64,000 bases of DNA from Eledone cirrhosa (lineage: Eukaryota): assembly GCA_964016885.1 (NCBI GenBank), contig OZ024740.1, positions 417,198,001 to 417,262,000 on the forward strand. Direction: 5' to 3'. The notes beneath the pieces are model-generated. The model was not told where the DNA came from. It was given only the letters and a program-made list of their open reading frames with translations, and made no database searches. Shown here in pieces: positions 1 to 12,028 of the stretch (its first letter is position 1; each line of letters opens with the position of its first letter). The translations under genes were made by a program, and so were the position numbers.

Positions 1-2
1 AA

Positions 3-905
3 TTCCAAACATGGAAGCACGGCCTAGAATCAAAAGGCCTTAAAATTAACCTGGCTAAGACTAAAGTTCTAGTTTGTAGGAAAGAAAATAAGGCGGCGGT
101 CCCATCTGGGAAATGGCCATGCTCAGTGTGTAGGAAAGGCGTAGGTAGAAACTCCATTTTATGTCCCAAATGCAAAGTATGGGTGCATAAAAGATGTAGT
201 GGGATCACAGGTAAGCTAACTAAGAACATAGATTTTACATGTGGCCGGTGCTCTGGTGCAATAAGTAGCAGCAAGTGCCCACAAAATACTAGCTCCTTCA
301 ACTGCGCAGAGGGTTCTATAGAAATAGTGGACAGCTTCCGTTATCTGGGTGACAAAATCAGCAGTGGGGGAGGGTGCTCTGAAAGTACAGTAGCTAGAGT
401 CAGAACTGGATGGAAAAAGTTCAGAGAGCTTATACCACTATTAGCCGCTAGAGGGTTCTCCCTAAAAATGAAAGGCAGGTTATACGATGCCTGCATACGA
501 ACAGCAATGCTGCATGGCAGTGAGACCTGGGCATTGTGTGCAGAGGATATACGCAGACTAGAGAGGAACGAAGCTTGCATGCTCCGCTGGATGTGCAATA
601 GTAATATACGTGAACGGCAAAGCATAAACGAACTAAGGAAAAAATTAGAAATAAGAGGGATCAGATGTTGTTTACTCGAGAGAAGGCTACGTTGGTACGG
701 TCACGTGATGCGCATGAAAGACGACAGCTGTATAACAAAGTGCAGGGCAATAAAGATAGACGGTAGCCACGGAGTAGGCAGACCCAGAAAAACATGGGAC
801 GAGCTGATAAATTCCGACCTCACACGCTTACACCTCTCCAAGACAATGTCACTGGACCGAGACCTTTGGCGGTACTCAGTAATAGAGAAGACCCGCCTTA
901 CCTAA
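3..905 (+). CDS. RTE LINE ORF C-terminal part (5'-partial) with Cys/His zinc-finger insertion
   Basis: No stop from the window start to 905; contains CSVC-x10-CPKC-x4-H-x2-C-x14-CGRC. Confidence 0.85.
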   Translation, partial: FQTWKHGLESKGLKINLAKTKVLVCRKENKAAVPSGKWPCSVCRKGVGRNSILCPKCKVWVHKRCSGITGKLTKNIDFTCGRCSGAISSSKCPQNTSSFNCAEGSIEIVDSFRYLGDKISSGGGCSESTVARVRTGWKKFRELIPLLAARGFSLKMKGRLYDACIRTAMLHGSETWALCAEDIRRLERNEACMLRWMCNSNIRERQSINELRKKLEIRGIRCCLLERRLRWYGHVMRMKDDSCITKCRAIKIDGSHGVGRPRKTWDELINSDLTRLHLSKTMSLDRDLWRYSVIEKTRLT

Positions 906-1080
906 ATACAAAGTAAAAACCTACTACAGTCAGTAGGCATCTCTATCAAAACACACCCCCGTCCCACCACCTCCACCCCACCCACACCGCCCCTTTCAAT
1001 GTAAAGTTATGTTGGTCCCACAACATCCAGGCCGAAACAAATGAGATCGTGTAGGTGTCACGACAAAAAACACACAGTCC

Positions 1081-1305
1081 ACGCTGTAAATGTGGCCGTG
1101 TAGGCAACACGGTAAAAACCTCCCAGCCCCACACTGTAAATGTGGTTGGTGTTAGGAAGGGCATCCAGCTGTAGAAAACCCGCCAGACAGTCCACGCTGT
1201 AATGTGGCCGTGTAGGCAACACGGTAAAAACCTCCCAGCCCCACACTGTAAATGTGGTTGGTGTTAGGAAGGGCATCCAACTGTAGAAAACCCGCCAGAC
1301 AGTCC
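1081..1305 (+). repeat. Tandem duplication of a ~113-bp RTE/SINE-derived unit
   Basis: acgctgtaa...gttaggaagggcatcc...cgccagacagtcc begins at 1081 and again at 1194. Confidence 0.85.
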
Positions 1306-1416
1306 TATGCGAGCAAGACAACCACTCTTGCCTCAAGTGGGAAAACCCCCGTCCAAACCCATGCAAGCGTGGAACACGGACGCTAAACCTGATGATGATG
1401 ATGATGATGATATATA

Positions 1417-1495
1417 CAGGGAATCCCTAAAAAATGAATACACACTTCAAAAGAAAGATAATCAAAGTATGTATACATTTTTGGGTGACACCCTG
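1417..1495. mobile_element. Tc1/mariner-type MITE (~80 bp)
   Basis: TA|CAGGG...CCCTG|TA with imperfect terminal inverted repeats; a related copy lies at 19313-19390. Confidence 0.6.
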
Positions 1496-1496
1496 T

Positions 1497-1541
<45 letters not shown>

Positions 1542-1544
<3 letters not shown>

Positions 1545-1669
1545 TCATCATTTAACGTCTATCTTCTACGGTAGCATGGGTTTAGATGGGAATTGTGCCA
1601 CTTGAGGCAAGATTGATTGTCTTGCTCGTATAGGACTGTCTGGCAGGTTTTCTACAGCTGGATGCCCTT

Positions 1670-1672
<3 letters not shown>
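1542..1672 (-). mobile_element. SINE/RTE 3'-tail fragment
   Basis: Reverse complement of the 1265-1410 tail (ggatgcccttcc...catcatcat). Similar fragments occur at ~2960-3190, 6520-6800, 12395-12447, 15515-15950, 16420-16780, 17520-17660 and 19650-19890. Confidence 0.7.
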
Positions 1673-1711
<39 letters not shown>

Positions 1712-1844
1712 CTGGACTGTACACACTACAAAAAAACAAAAAAACAACTACACAACCCACTATATATATATATATATTGGAAAATGTGTGAGAACCTTGG
1801 TACAGTTAGGTATATTTGAAAAAAAGAAAAGAATGACTTCACTT

Positions 1845-2090
1845 TAGTTGGTATTCTAACAAACTACCTGCAACAGTTGTTAGCTGTCGAGACACTGCAT
1901 CCTTTAAAACCGCCACGCTTCCTGAGATTCACCAACACTACACCTGTCCATACACACACACACATGTATTTCATGACTCATACACAGTTCACTTTCCTGA
2001 CATTTGTACATTACCCTATGTACTATACATACACCTTTGATGAGTTGTAGTGCACCTGAGCACTGTACACAATAATTTCATTATTATTAT
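1845..2090 (+). mobile_element. Degenerate CR1/L2-like LINE 3' end
   Basis: Decayed NKLPATVVSCRDTASFK-like terminus followed by a 3' UTR ending aataatttcattattattat. Confidence 0.5.
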
Positions 2091-2463
2091 AAATCTAATA
2101 AGTCCTTTGTTACCTTCGGTTAGATTTACATTACATGTAAAATTAAATTGTTATAGAATACCAACAAGTGAAGTCATTCTTTTCCTTTTATCAAATATAT
2201 ATAATATATGTATGCATAGTGGGTGGTGGTTTTTTTTTAATAGTTTTTTAGTGTGTGCAGTTGATGGTTAGTTAAGAAGATTGAGCTATAGAGAACTGAG
2301 AGGAAGAAGCTAGAATAAAATACAATAAACCAGGTAAAACTTGTTTAAAAAAACTGTAGACATTTTGCCTTTTTTGTTTGTTTAATTGAAGGTAGGGGTG
2401 TAGAAAGATGAGGGAGTTAATGTTAGAATCAGGGTTAGGGTTGATATAACTCACTCTTCTTAC

Positions 2464-2475
2464 CTTGCCATGAAC
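2464..2475 (-). CDS. Candidate 12-nt microexon E (VHGK)
   Basis: tgtagttttttgttAG|GTTCATGGCAAG|GTAAG: strong splice sites, phase 0-0, compatible with exon D. Confidence 0.5.
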
Positions 2476-2522
2476 CTAACAAAAAACTACACATGCAAGC
2501 AAGGAAAAAAAACAGATGTAAA

Positions 2523-2910
2523 ATGGTGGTGGTGGTGGTGGTGATGGTGATGATGGTGATGGTGGTGGTGATGATGGTGATGGTGGTGGTGATGGTGATG
2601 ATGGTGGTGGTGATGATGATGATGATAATGATGGTGGTGGTGGTGGTAGTGGAGTTGGTGGTGGTGGTGGTGATGATGGTGGTGGTGATGATGATGATGG
2701 TGGCGGTGGTAGTGGAGTTGGTGGTGGTTGTGGGGTTGATGATGATGATGGTGGTGGTGGTGGTGATGATGATGATGGTGTGGTGGTGGTGGTGATGATG
2801 ATGATGGTGTGGTGGTGGTGATGATGATGATGGTGGTGGTGGTGATGGTGTGGTGGTGGTGGTGATGATGATGATGATGGTGGTGATGGTGGTGGTGGTG
2901 GTGGTGATGG
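2523..2910. repeat. Compound (GGT/GAT)n microsatellite
   Basis: Direct reading. Confidence 0.95.
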
Positions 2911-3386
2911 GTTAGATTGGTTGTCACATTATGAGTCAATTCAGGTCTTACTCATATGGGTCTGTATTTTGACTTGGCTTCTATGGCTGGATGCCCTTCC
3001 TAATACTAACCACGTTTCAGTGTGGACTGAGAACATTTTATCATGGCACCAACACAACCACGTTATACGGTGAACAGGGCACTTTTTGTCATGTCACCAA
3101 CACAACTACTTTACAGTGTAAACTGGGTACTTTTTCTCATGTCACCAGCACACGCACTTTACAATGTGCAATGGACACTTTTCTCATGTCACTTCCTCAT
3201 TATTAATTTGGTGTTTGGAGCAGAACTTAACAAAGGCTCTTACATAAAATTATGAAGAAAGGTTTTTAAATAAATATAAACATTCTAAAACAAACAATTT
3301 TAGAACTGTGGAACTGTAGAACCTGAGACAGTCTCAAGTGGTTTAGTTTAAAAGGGTTAAATATGAAAGAAAAAACAAAATCTTAC

Positions 3387-3429
3387 CTGTCCTGTGAAGT
3401 TTTTCATAAAATCTACACCAAAATATACT
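3387..3429 (-). CDS. Host gene exon D (43 nt): end of repeat 2
   Basis: Branch point TTCCTTAAC (plus 3441-3449), then 11 nt to an AC acceptor. Joins in frame (AC|A = T): VYFGVDFMKNFTGQ, homologous to YYFGVAL of exon B. Ends CAG|GTAAG. Confidence 0.85.
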
Positions 3430-3682
3430 GTAGTAAAAGGGTTAAGGAATCTAAATAACCATTCCAAGAAACATCAAAGCAATGACATATATCCATAAAT
3501 CAGAACAAGAATCATTTTTTAGTATCTTGTAAAACATATATATGAATAAGAAAGAAATATTTTTAATGCTATGGTAAGGGTAACTTCACTCCAGGCTAGG
3601 TTGTTTGTGGAAGATCAGCAGTCGCCCATGCAGGCAAAGGCCGTCTGATAGTGCTTGGCACCAGTAACATGACGACATTATA

Positions 3683-3865
3683 TGGATTGGCAGTATCGGT
3701 AGTGTTGGACGCCATGCTTTGTAGCACAGTTACGTCCCTTTACGGACTGAGTTCAAATCCTGCAGAGGTTAACTTTGCCTTTCATCCTTACGGGGTCGAT
3801 AAAATAAAGTACCAGTAATACACTGGGATAATTGCTGGCCTTGTGCCAAAAAGTAGAAACAATTA
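3683..3865 (+). mobile_element. tRNA-derived SINE, family 1
   Basis: A-box-like TGGCAGTATCGG, B-box GAGTTCAAATCC and conserved body gcctttcatccttacggggtcgataaaataaagtaccag. Confidence 0.8.
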
Positions 3866-4208
3866 TATACTTACTATATAATACACTACATACACCTTAT
3901 ATACACTACATATGTTGTCTAAAGGAAAGACAAAGGCCAATACAGCTTGGAACCAGTGACATCACAACGTATACATATACAGTATATATACACTATATAT
4001 GATGTTGTCTAAAGGAAAGACAAAGGCCAATACACCCTGGCACCAGTTACATCACAACATATATATATATATATGCAGAGGTTATATTTAATTTGTTGGG
4101 ATTGAACAAGATTAAACATTTTTATAACTGATATAAAGCACTCAACAGCTTAGTGGAGTAAATACACAATATATTAATAAATGGAAACTATATTTATAAA
4201 ATCATATT

Positions 4209-4274
4209 TATTTTATTATATATATTTCAAGGGCAACCAAGGCAAATTATGGTGCGCTTTCATCAGATAAAATA
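4209..4274 (-). ncRNA. Minimal type I hammerhead ribozyme motif
   Basis: TATTTTAT-CTGATGA-(stem II aagcgcacca...tggttgccctt)-GAAA-TATATA-TA|ATAAAATA: perfect stem I, palindromic stem III. Confidence 0.7.
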
Positions 4275-4377
4275 CAGATTTGTTTTATAAATAAATATTG
4301 ACATACCAGGAAGCCCTAACCGTTAAGGTTGTTTTTTTTTTCCGGGTATGTCAATATTTATTTATAAAACAAATCTG

Positions 4378-4443
4378 TATGTTATCTGATGAAAGTGCAC
4401 CATAATTTGCCTTGGTTGCCCTTGAAATATGTATAATAAAATA
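4378..4443 (+). ncRNA. Minimal type I hammerhead ribozyme motif (inverted copy)
   Basis: TATGTTAT-CTGATGA-...-GAAA-TATGTA-TA|ATAAAATA. Confidence 0.6.
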
Positions 4444-4474
4444 AATATGATTTTATAAATATAGTTTCCATTTA

Positions 4475-4597
<123 letters not shown>

Positions 4598-4652
4598 ACA
4601 CACACAGTATGTATACAGTATATATATAAACTATATACATTATATATACTAT

Positions 4653-4842
4653 AGGGCGGTGGATTGGCAGTATCGGTAGAGGGTCGGACGCCATGCTTTC
4701 CAGCATAGTTACGTCCCTTTACGATCTGAGTTCAAATCCCGCCGAGGTTAACTTTGCCTTTCATCCTTACGGGGTCGATAAAATAAAGTACCAGTAATGC
4801 ACTGGTTAATTACTGGCCTTGTGCCTAAAGTAGAAACAATTA
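4653..4842 (+). mobile_element. tRNA-derived SINE, family 1
   Basis: Near-identical to 3683-3865. Confidence 0.85.
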
Positions 4843-5144
4843 TATATACTATATATGATATTGTCCAAAGGAAAGACAAAGGCCAAAACACCCTGGCACC
4901 AGTTACATCGCAACTCATATCTACAACTAAGTGAACTTGCTCAGGGAGACAACACAGCCTGGTCCAGGAACCAAATGCACAACCTCATGACTGCAAGTCC
5001 AACTATCTAACCCCTAAGCCATGCCCCTTCACAAATAATTGAGCTATGGAGACCTTAAGAAATTAACATTTCCTTCTGTTCTTAATAAAACAACAAAATT
5101 CTATATTTGTTGTCAAATATTTCCATGTATGCAGTTCAAAACAT

Positions 5145-5570
5145 CTTTCTCTCTCTCCTTCAATAGTTTCCTCTCTCTCTCTCGCTTTCCTTCAATGTTT
5201 TTCTCTTTCTCTCTCTCTCCTTCAGTGTTTTTCTCTCTCTCTCTCTCTCCTTCAATCTTTTTCTCTCTCTCTCCTTCAATGTTTCTCTCTCTTTCTCTCC
5301 TTCAATGTTTCTCTCTCTTTCCCTCCTTCAATCTTTTCCTCTCTCTCTCCTTCAATGTTTCTCTCTCTCTCTCTTTCTTTCCTTCAATCTTTTCCTCTCT
5401 TTCTCTCCTTCAATCTTTTCCTCTCTTTCTCTCCTTCAATCTTTTCCTCTCTTTCTCTCCTTCAATGTTTCTATCTCTCTCTCTCTTTCTTTCCTTCAAT
5501 CTTTTCCTCTCTTTCTCTCCTTCAATGTTTCTCTCTCTATCTCTCTCTCCATCAATCTCTTTCTCTCACC
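5145..5570. repeat. CT-rich minisatellite (ctctccttcaat units)
   Basis: Direct reading. Confidence 0.9.
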
Positions 5571-5983
5571 CATTTTTCTTTAATATTTTTCTCACCCTCT
5601 CTTAAAGGTCATTTATTACCTAAACTACTCTCTACCGTTTTGTACATCTTTTACCAAAACAAAGTTTTGTGATATTAAATAAATGAGATCTGTCTGTCTT
5701 TCTTCAGAGAAACACTAACAACAACAAAACATTATTTCATTTGACTTCACATCTGAAAATATTGCCTTTTTTAAATTTTTTTATTACAATTATAATAATT
5801 TATAAAAACATAAACAATGACAGTTGCTCTGAAATTTAATAACACAATAAATATAACTGAATATAATCAAGATTTATCACTCAGCATAATCAATGATACA
5901 CTTTCTTCATAGATAAAACAATATTTAATATACTTAGACAATAATAACACCACAAATATATCAGTAGTAAATCTCTTAATATT

Positions 5984-6288
5984 ATCATCATCATCATCAT
6001 CATCATCATCATTTTTCCCTGCTTGCAAGGGTGAGACGGGAACTGATTCTGGCTTGATTTCTACCGCTAGATGCCCTTCCTAACACCAACCTCATTTACA
6101 GTGAGTGCTGGGTGCTTTTTGCCATGGCACCTCCACAACCACTTTGCAGTGGAATGATAGGGACCCCAGTCCCTATCATCTCATTTCTACAGCTGAGTAA
6201 ACTGGAGCAATGTGAAATAAAGTGTCTTGCTCAAAGACACAACACATCACCCGGTCTGAGAATTGAACTCACAACCTTTCGATTGCAA
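5984..6288 (-). mobile_element. SINE family 2 copy
   Basis: Reverse complement of 14953-15240, with (CAT)n tail on the plus strand. Confidence 0.8.
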
Positions 6289-7367
6289 ATATATATATAT
6301 ATATATATATATATAAAGATGCATGAATTACATCTTGATTGCATGGGAGAACCATTGAAATAATTATAAGGAATAAACAATTTATGTAACATCAGCATCT
6401 TTATTAATGTTATTATATATATATATATATATCATGTAATTTTGACCAGGCACCCTTCAGTTGTACCAAAGACATGACAACTTCACTAGTATTGGTGATC
6501 TACACAACAAACACACCCAGTACATGCTATAAAGTGCTTGGTGGTTGGAACAGTATCCAGCCATTGAAAACTTGCCAAACAAAGAGTTTGGAAGATCCTT
6601 CAGCTATGTCAAGGACATGACAATCTCTAGTGTTGGTGCCATGATAAAATACTCTTGATAGAAAGTGGAGCTATATGAGATACTCTCAACCCTAGCCTGT
6701 CTGAGATCAGTGGCCTTGCTTCAGTACAGACTTGGTTTGTGAAGACCTATCCAATCCTTGCTAGAAGGGAAAGTGGATTTTAAATAATGATAATGATGAT
6801 ATAGATAACATTTTTGGTAATGACTATTTTTCTGTGAAAGAGAACTCCATACATAAGTAGATTTATTTTAAATGTTATTACCTGTAATGTTATTACCTTC
6901 TGTAACTAAATTAAATACACACGCCCACACATCCACTCTATACTGCATGGAAAAGCAGACATATTATGATGATGGTTATATATATATACATACATACATA
7001 TATATACATATATATATATACATACATACATACATAGGTTATTCAGTAATTTTGTGGATTACTGGAGGTGGTATCAATATGAAATGTGTATAACTGGTCA
7101 ATAATCAATAAAAACATTTATGTTAAACTTTATCATGTTAAACTTAATTTATACATATATACCTACACACACATATATATATATCATCATCATTGTTTAA
7201 CATCTATCTTCCATGCTAGTATCATCATCATCATTTTATGTTTGCTTTTCCCTGCTTGCAAGGTTGGGACATATATATCCTCATCACCATTTTACGTCTG
7301 TTCTTCCACGCTAGCATGGGTTAGACGGGTTGTCCTGTTGCGAGCAGTGTCTCTTAATATATATATA

Positions 7368-7567
7368 TATTTAATTAGAAAGTGAACAACATAAAATATA
7401 ACTACTCCATTACCAAAGGTTTCTGGATCACAGATGATAATAATATATGTCTGGATTGTTCGTCAGACAGGACGAACGATCCAGACATATATTATTATCG
7501 TCTGTGATCCAGAAACCTTTGGTAATGGAGTAGTTATATTTTGTGTTGTTCACTTTCTAATTAAATA
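7368..7567. repeat. Near-perfect 200-bp palindrome (fold-back)
   Basis: ~97-bp arms with few mismatches around a 6-nt loop (agacag). Confidence 0.9.
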
Positions 7568-7837
7568 GCTCTGTTCTATGCATAGAGCACTCTTTTTTCC
7601 TTTGCTTTTCCTTCAGAATTACCTAACATATATAAATATATAAAAATCAGTTGTAAATCTCTTAATATACATATCTGTTAGTTTAACAATTAAACAATGC
7701 CTTATATTCATCCATAAACAAATTATACTGTATTAGAGACAGAAAGAGATAAACACAGCCTGAAGTATGATTATAAAGACTCCTCACCTTATTAAAAGAA
7801 AGTATAATTTCACAATAGCTAAATATATAAAGGATAT

Positions 7838-8012
7838 GTCTTAAACTTCCCTTTTCTCTTCATATGAATACTAGGGAACAAAAAGCGCATTGCTCGGTTG
7901 CACTGCACACCCCAATATTGTACACCAGGCTCCTCAATTTTCTGTCCCAATAACTGAAGGACCTCATCACGTGAGATACCCATGTCAAAGTCACCAGTCC
8001 AGAAAACAAGTT
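7838..8012 (-). CDS. Host gene exon C (175 nt): second RFX-like/winged-helix-type repeat
   Basis: Acceptor ttttatAG with phase-1 join G|AA = E. Reads LVFWTGDFDMGISRDEVLQLLGQKIEEPGVQYWGVQCNRAMRFLFPSIHMKRKGKFK and ends at U12 donor |ATATCCTTTA. Confidence 0.85.
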
Positions 8013-8213
8013 CTATAAAATAAATCACAATATATTACATGATAAATCTTAAATGGACTCTCTGTATGTGTGTATGTATGTATGTATGTCAGTATAGATA
8101 GATGCATATTTAGGTATCTGTAGCCAGTCCAACTTTAGATATGTAAATATATAACTGTAAAAATGCCCTAAAATGCATAATGAAATAATATAAAGTTAAG
8201 ACTATTTTATAGT

Positions 8214-8260
<47 letters not shown>

Positions 8261-11200
8261 ATCATCATCATCATCATCATTTTACGTCCGCTTTTCCCTG
8301 CTTGCAAGGGTGGGACGTGTCTTATTCAGCACAGCATCTCTCCACTCGTCACGGTCCCTCGTCATCTCCACCGTGAGCTTCAATGATCTGAGGTCTGTTC
8401 TCACCACCTCCGCCCATGTTTTTCGTGGTCTACCTCTACCACGTCTTCCTTCAACTGGCATTTCCTGGCACTTCTTCACCCATCGGTCATCCTCCATGCG
8501 CATCACATGTCCATACCACCGCAGTCTCCTCTCCCGTACACTACATTCTATCCCTCTCAGACACAGTTTCTCTCTCAACACATCCAACGGAGCATGCTTG
8601 CCTCATTTCTCTCCAGCCGTTGCATATCCTCTGCAGTTGCTGCCCATGTCTCACTACCATGCAGCATTGCGCTCCTCACACAGGCATCATACAACCGGCC
8701 TTTCGTACGCAGGGAGAAACCCTTCTTCGTCAACAGAGGAAGCAGCTCCCTAAACTTCTTCCAACCCGTCTTTATTCTAGATACTATGGCCTCGGAACAC
8801 CCTCCTCCCATGCTAATCTGATCTCCTAGGTACCGGAAGCTATCCACCACTTCTATAGCGCCCTCTTGCATTTGAAAAATGTGTCTATCAGTGCGACTTC
8901 TACTGTCTAATTTCCCTGTACATCTACTGCATACATATTTCTCCCTACCTGTTAGTTTGCCTGCTATCCCGCTACATCTCTTGTGTACCCAGTTCCTTTT
9001 CTGCATATCGAACATGGCCATTTCCCTGACGGAATCAGGGTTTTGTCCTCTTTTCTACTCATCAACACTTTTGTCTTAGCTAGATTCACTCTCAGTCCTC
9101 TTGCTTCCAACTGCTGTTTCCATAGCCAGAATTTATTCTCTAGCTCCTCTACTGATTCTGCTATAAGAACCAGATCGTCAGCATAGAGAAGTTCCCATGG
9201 ACAGCCAGTCTTAAACTCCTCTGTTATGGCTTGGAGGACTATAATGAACAGGAGCGGGCTGAGGACCGAGCCCTGATGTAATCTTACTTGTATCTGGAAT
9301 TCCTCACTAAACTCCATTCCTACCCTGACTTTACTGAGAGTACCTCTGTACAAAGTTTGCACTGTCCTCACAAGCCATTCCTCAACACCTAGCTTCCTTA
9401 GGGACCACCAGATGACAGATCGGGGTACCCTATCAAAGGCCTTCTCTAGGTCAACAAAGGCTAAGTATAGTGGCTTATTCTTCTCTAAGAACCTCTCTTG
9501 CATTTGTCTCACCAAGAAGAGGGCATCTGTTGTACTCTTCCCAGGCACAAAACCAAACTGCATCTCATCTAGTTTGACCCTTTCTCTAATTAGTTGTGCT
9601 AAAATCCTTTCTGCCACTTTCATAACCTGATCTATCAGTTTTATACCCCTATAATTGCTCCTCTCCAAAGCATCCCCTTTACCTTTGTAGCAATTTATGA
9701 GAATACTGCTGCACCAGTCTTTGGGTATGACACCACCATATATAGCCTGATTGATGATGCGTGCAACCAGTTTAGTGCCTACGTCCCCTGATGCCTTCAG
9801 CATCTCAGCAACTATTCCCGATGGTCCGACCGCCTTACCATTTTTCATTTCCCTAATCGCCTCTTGGACCCTATATTCGTCAATCTCAATAGCTGGTCCC
9901 TCTGTCGGATCTACCAAGGGTAATTTCTCTCTCTCCCATTCGTTCTCCACATTCATCAGTCTCTCATAATGACATTTCCAGGCCTCCTTTTTCTGATCAT
10001 TCGTGACACTAAGTACACCGGCATCATCCCGGACACATTTATCTCCAACAACATCCTGATTTGCATTGACACACTGCCTTGCAATGTGGAACACCGCACG
10101 CCTCTGATCTTCCCGTCGCAGAACATTGGCAAACCTCCTACTCTCTGCCTCCCTGCGTGCTAAGTACACCTGACGTCTAACTTCTCTCTTAGTGGCTGTA
10201 TATTCTTCCCTACTCCCACCCTTTTTCCAAGCCTTCCATGCTAGTCTTTTGTCTCTAATAGCCTTATCTACTGTGCTGTTCCACCACCAGGTCACTCTCT
10301 GTCTGGTTGGAGCTCTGCTCCAGCCACAGGTTTCATCAGTAGCCTGCAGCAAGTTGTCACGTAAGAAATTCCAGTTATTATCTATGTCATATGTCTCTAA
10401 ATCGTCTTCTTTTTCGTCATATACATCTTGAAGGGCTTTCCTAAATTTGTATTTTAGTGAAAGGTCTTTTAGCTTCCAGACCTTTCTTCTCCACACCTTC
10501 CTATATGTCTCATTCCATCTCTTGCTTACTGAGATATCACTAACAACTAACCTATGCTGTGGGGTACATTCTTCCCCAGGGTATGCCTTGGTATTAAACA
10601 CTATCTGCCTGTCCCGCTGCCTAACTAGCAAGAAGTCAATCTGGCTTATGTGCTCACCAGATTTGTAGGTTATTAGGTGATTGGCAGGTTTCTGGAAGTT
10701 TGTGTTGCAAATAGTCAATGTACTCGCATCACAAAATTCAAGAAGTCTCACTCCTTCTTCATTTCTTGAACCGTAACCGTGCCCACCATGTACCCCAGTG
10801 TAACCATCCTGGAGCTGTCCAACATGACCATTGAAGTCTCCTGCTAGCATAACGATGTCTCCGTCCTCTGTCATTGTGGTTGTTTGCAAAAGTTGCTCAT
10901 AAAAGCAGTCTTTCTCATCTTTGCCTAGGCCTGCTTGGGGAGCATAGACCGAGCTGATTGTCAGTAGTCTCCTACCTACAACTAATCTAAGCTTAATTAT
11001 TCGATTACTAACTCAAACTACCTCTATTGTCTTATTGATCCATTTCTCAGCCAGGAAAATGCCTACTCCCCCTAGCCCATCATCCTTACCTACCCAGAAT
11101 AACTTATAGCTAAGACGCTTGCCTACGACTAGTCTCGCAGAGGCACCTCTCCATCTCACCTCTTGCACGCAGCACACATCCACCTGCCTTCTCTCCAGCA

Positions 11201-11410
11201 TCTCCGCTATTTCAGCAGATCTACCTCTGAGAGTGCCAACATTAAGTGTTGCAACTCTGAGATGCGACGTCTTCATATTTTGTTGTTGTTCCTATTTGCT
11301 GCTGTGCTGATAAGTGTTTTGGCATTGATACACTGGTTGGATGCCCTTCCTAACACCAGCGCCACTTTACAGCATGGACTGGGTGCTTTTATTTGTGCCA
11401 CCAGCACTAG
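8261..11410 (-). mobile_element. Near full-length RTE-clade LINE (APE endonuclease + reverse transcriptase), in the host intron between exons B and C
   Basis: APE motifs ([40 protein letters not shown]), RT motifs (YRGIKL, QFGF, FVDLEKAFDRV, HQGSVLSPLLF, YADD) and a (GAT)n tail at ~8261-8280. Confidence 0.95.
8282..11276 (-). pseudogene. Disrupted RTE ORF: one nonsense codon and two frameshifting deletions
   Basis: ATG at 11276; in-frame TGA at 11015-11013, after which the frame continues VSNRIIKLRL...; frameshifts near 8992 and 8578 relative to the paralogous ORF at 3-905. Confidence 0.9.
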
Positions 11411-11669
11411 AGAGGATGTCTTACTAGACTCAAGGGCCCTCTCTACCCCTCCATTTTACAGCATGGTCATTAAAAAAAGAAAAAAAAAAAAAAAACTTAT
11501 TGACACGACGCACACACAAACACTCACACACCAATACTCATGTATACAAACCACAACCACACACACGCCATACATACCAACACTCATTCATGCATACAAT
11601 CACACACACCACTCACAAACACACATATATATACATATATTACCGACAGTACTGATACAAAATCAAAAT

Positions 11670-11718
<49 letters not shown>

Positions 11719-11770
11719 TATTTACAACATATATATATATATACACACACACACATATATATATATATAA

Positions 11771-11827
<57 letters not shown>

Positions 11828-12028
11828 CATATATATATACATAGATATATATATCATCATCATCATCATCATATATATATACATAGATATATATGTATAT
11901 ATTTATACATAGATATATACAAACATTCATATATATATATATTCTCTGTGTTTAAAAGCCAAGAATTCAGCTTCATACATTCTATATTATATTATGTTAT
12001 ATTTTAATTCATTTTATTTCAATGGTAC

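Larger units (their letters stand above)
1..1410 (+). mobile_element. RTE-clade LINE, 3' part (runs off window start), followed by SINE-like 3' sequence and (GAT)n tail
   Basis: Frame open from 3 to 905: GLKINLAKTKVL...FRYLG...ARVRTGWKKFREL...HGSETW...RRLRWYGHVMR...GRPRKTW, typical of the RTE RT C-terminus and thumb. Tail gatgatgat at 1391-1410. Confidence 0.9.

Noticed and set aside
2430-2442. Telomeric TTAGGG repeat
   Set aside because: Only about two units; not significant.
2487-2939. Poly-His / poly-Val ORFs
   Set aside because: Translation of a trinucleotide microsatellite.
3387-3412. 26-nt exon using the GTGTAG acceptor (or the AG just after the AC) instead of AC
   Set aside because: The U12 branch point spacing and the homology of VYFGV to YYFGV favour the AC acceptor at 3430-3431.
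4653-4745. tRNA gene (A/B boxes)
   Set aside because: No cloverleaf; continues into a multi-copy SINE body.
8310-10668. Plus-strand ORFs overlapping the LINE
   Set aside because: Antisense shadows of the RTE ORF.
11163-11930. IYIY-type ORFs (also 4362-4706, 15888-17018, 22636-22953)
   Set aside because: Translations of (TA)n/(CA)n runs.
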